Made by a program: the position numbers and the translations under genes. Shown piece after piece: positions 63,199 to 64,000 of a stretch of DNA of 64,000 bases (its first letter is position 1; each line of letters begins with the position of its first letter). The notes below the pieces were generated by a model. It was not told the DNA's origin. It made no database searches and worked only from the letters and a program-made list of their open reading frames with translations. This DNA is from Bacteroidota bacterium (lineage in GTDB: Bacteria > Bacteroidota > Bacteroidia > Bacteroidales > Bacteroidaceae), in contig JAFABG010000006.1 of the NCBI GenBank assembly GCA_023426145.1, positions 48,535 through 112,534 on the forward strand. Direction: 5' to 3'.

Positions 63199-64000
63199 TT
63201 AAAATTTAGTGATTTCGCCAATCAAACAAGAGTTCATTTTATATCTTATTTCTTTGTTGGGAAGCCCATGACCTAGTAAAAACATGAGTTTGGTTACTGC
63301 ACATTCTGGTGTACTGTCATAACCACTGATTACGCCTGCCTCTAGCAAATGCATTCCTGTTTCATATCTTCCCATTTCAACTCCTCCGGAAGCACATTGG
63401 GTAATATTTACAATTATTATTCCACGATCAGTTGCATCTTTCAATTCTCTAATGAACCAATCTTTCTGAGGTGCGTTTCCCGAGCCAAATGTTTTCATTA
63501 CTACTGCCTTTAATCCTGGAACATGGAGAAGTGAATGAATAATTTCTTCTTGTATGCCTGGGAACAGAGTTAATATAACTACATTCGTATCAAATAGATA
63601 ATGAGGTTTTAGAGGTTTTATAGGATCGGGTTGGCGAATTAAGTTAGGCTCATATTTGATATGAATACCAACGCGGGCGAGTGGGGGATAGTTGAAAGAT
63701 CTGAAAGCATTGAAGTTTTCTGCGTTTATTTTAGTTGTGCGGTTACCACGCATAAGATGGTTTTCGAAGAAGATGCAAACTTCGGGAACTGTAGCTGTTC
63801 CATCTGGATTTTTTGCTGCTGCAATTTCGATTGAAGTAATAAGATTTTCTTTGCCGTCTGTGCGTAAAGTACCTATGGGAAGTTGAGAGCCGGTTAGAAT
63901 GACGGGTTTACTTAAATTCTCAAGCATAAAGCTTAGGGCTGAGGCTGTGTATGCCATGGTGTCTGTACCGTGCAAAATCACAAAACCATCGAAGTAGTCA
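63199..64000 (-). CDS. ansA: L-asparaginase type I (5'-truncated by window)
   Basis: HGTDTMAY, KPVILTGSQ, RGNR..K and TFGSGN. Confidence 0.93.
   Translation of the reverse strand, partial: DYFDGFVILHGTDTMAYTASALSFMLENLSKPVILTGSQLPIGTLRTDGKENLITSIEIAAAKNPDGTATVPEVCIFFENHLMRGNRTTKINAENFNAFRSFNYPPLARVGIHIKYEPNLIRQPDPIKPLKPHYLFDTNVVILTLFPGIQEEIIHSLLHVPGLKAVVMKTFGSGNAPQKDWFIRELKDATDRGIIIVNITQCASGGVEMGRYETGMHLLEAGVISGYDSTPECAVTKLMFLLGHGLPNKEIRYKMNSCLIGEITKF

Noticed and set aside
5551..63886. Numerous 60-170 aa ORFs antisense to or nested in long genes
   Set aside because: Shadow ORFs of well-supported CDSs with no independent motifs.

Overview
AT-rich Bacteroides-type chromosomal window; housekeeping promoters follow the TAnnTTTG -7 box. 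Bases 1-12,954 form an accessory/defence region next to the 3' end of dnaK. It holds a partial UvrD-like helicase, decayed mobile DNA, an Mrr-like nuclease, an HTH/C5-methylase/McrBC-like operon, a GHKL-ATPase/STAS/membrane-protein triad and an IS66 remnant. Most of it (1,532-12,954) lies between two ~104-bp direct repeats. Core genes follow: dnaK, a saccharopine/carboxynorspermidine dehydrogenase, bcp, recA, three SusC/D loci, an AspT/YidE transporter, a TonB receptor with a His-rich RAPP leader, a porin-imelysin-dihaem-CcsA operon, flavodoxin, a PurH-like gene, a hemerythrin-like/LuxR pair, a receiver/sugar-transferase operon, a LruC-domain lipoprotein and asparaginase. The main signal outside the ORF track is an 18-bp palindromic box (ATMCC-N8-GGKAT-like) lying exactly 22 nt upstream of the -7 box at seven promoters. 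These drive metal/iron-type uptake genes, flavodoxin, the hemerythrin-LuxR pair itself and two unannotated paralogous small RNAs with an anti-AUG-like seed. A third candidate sRNA is packed with AGGUA repeats. Together this looks like a LuxR-controlled iron-starvation regulon with sRNA effectors; that interpretation is inference. All transcription starts are estimates from promoter motifs.
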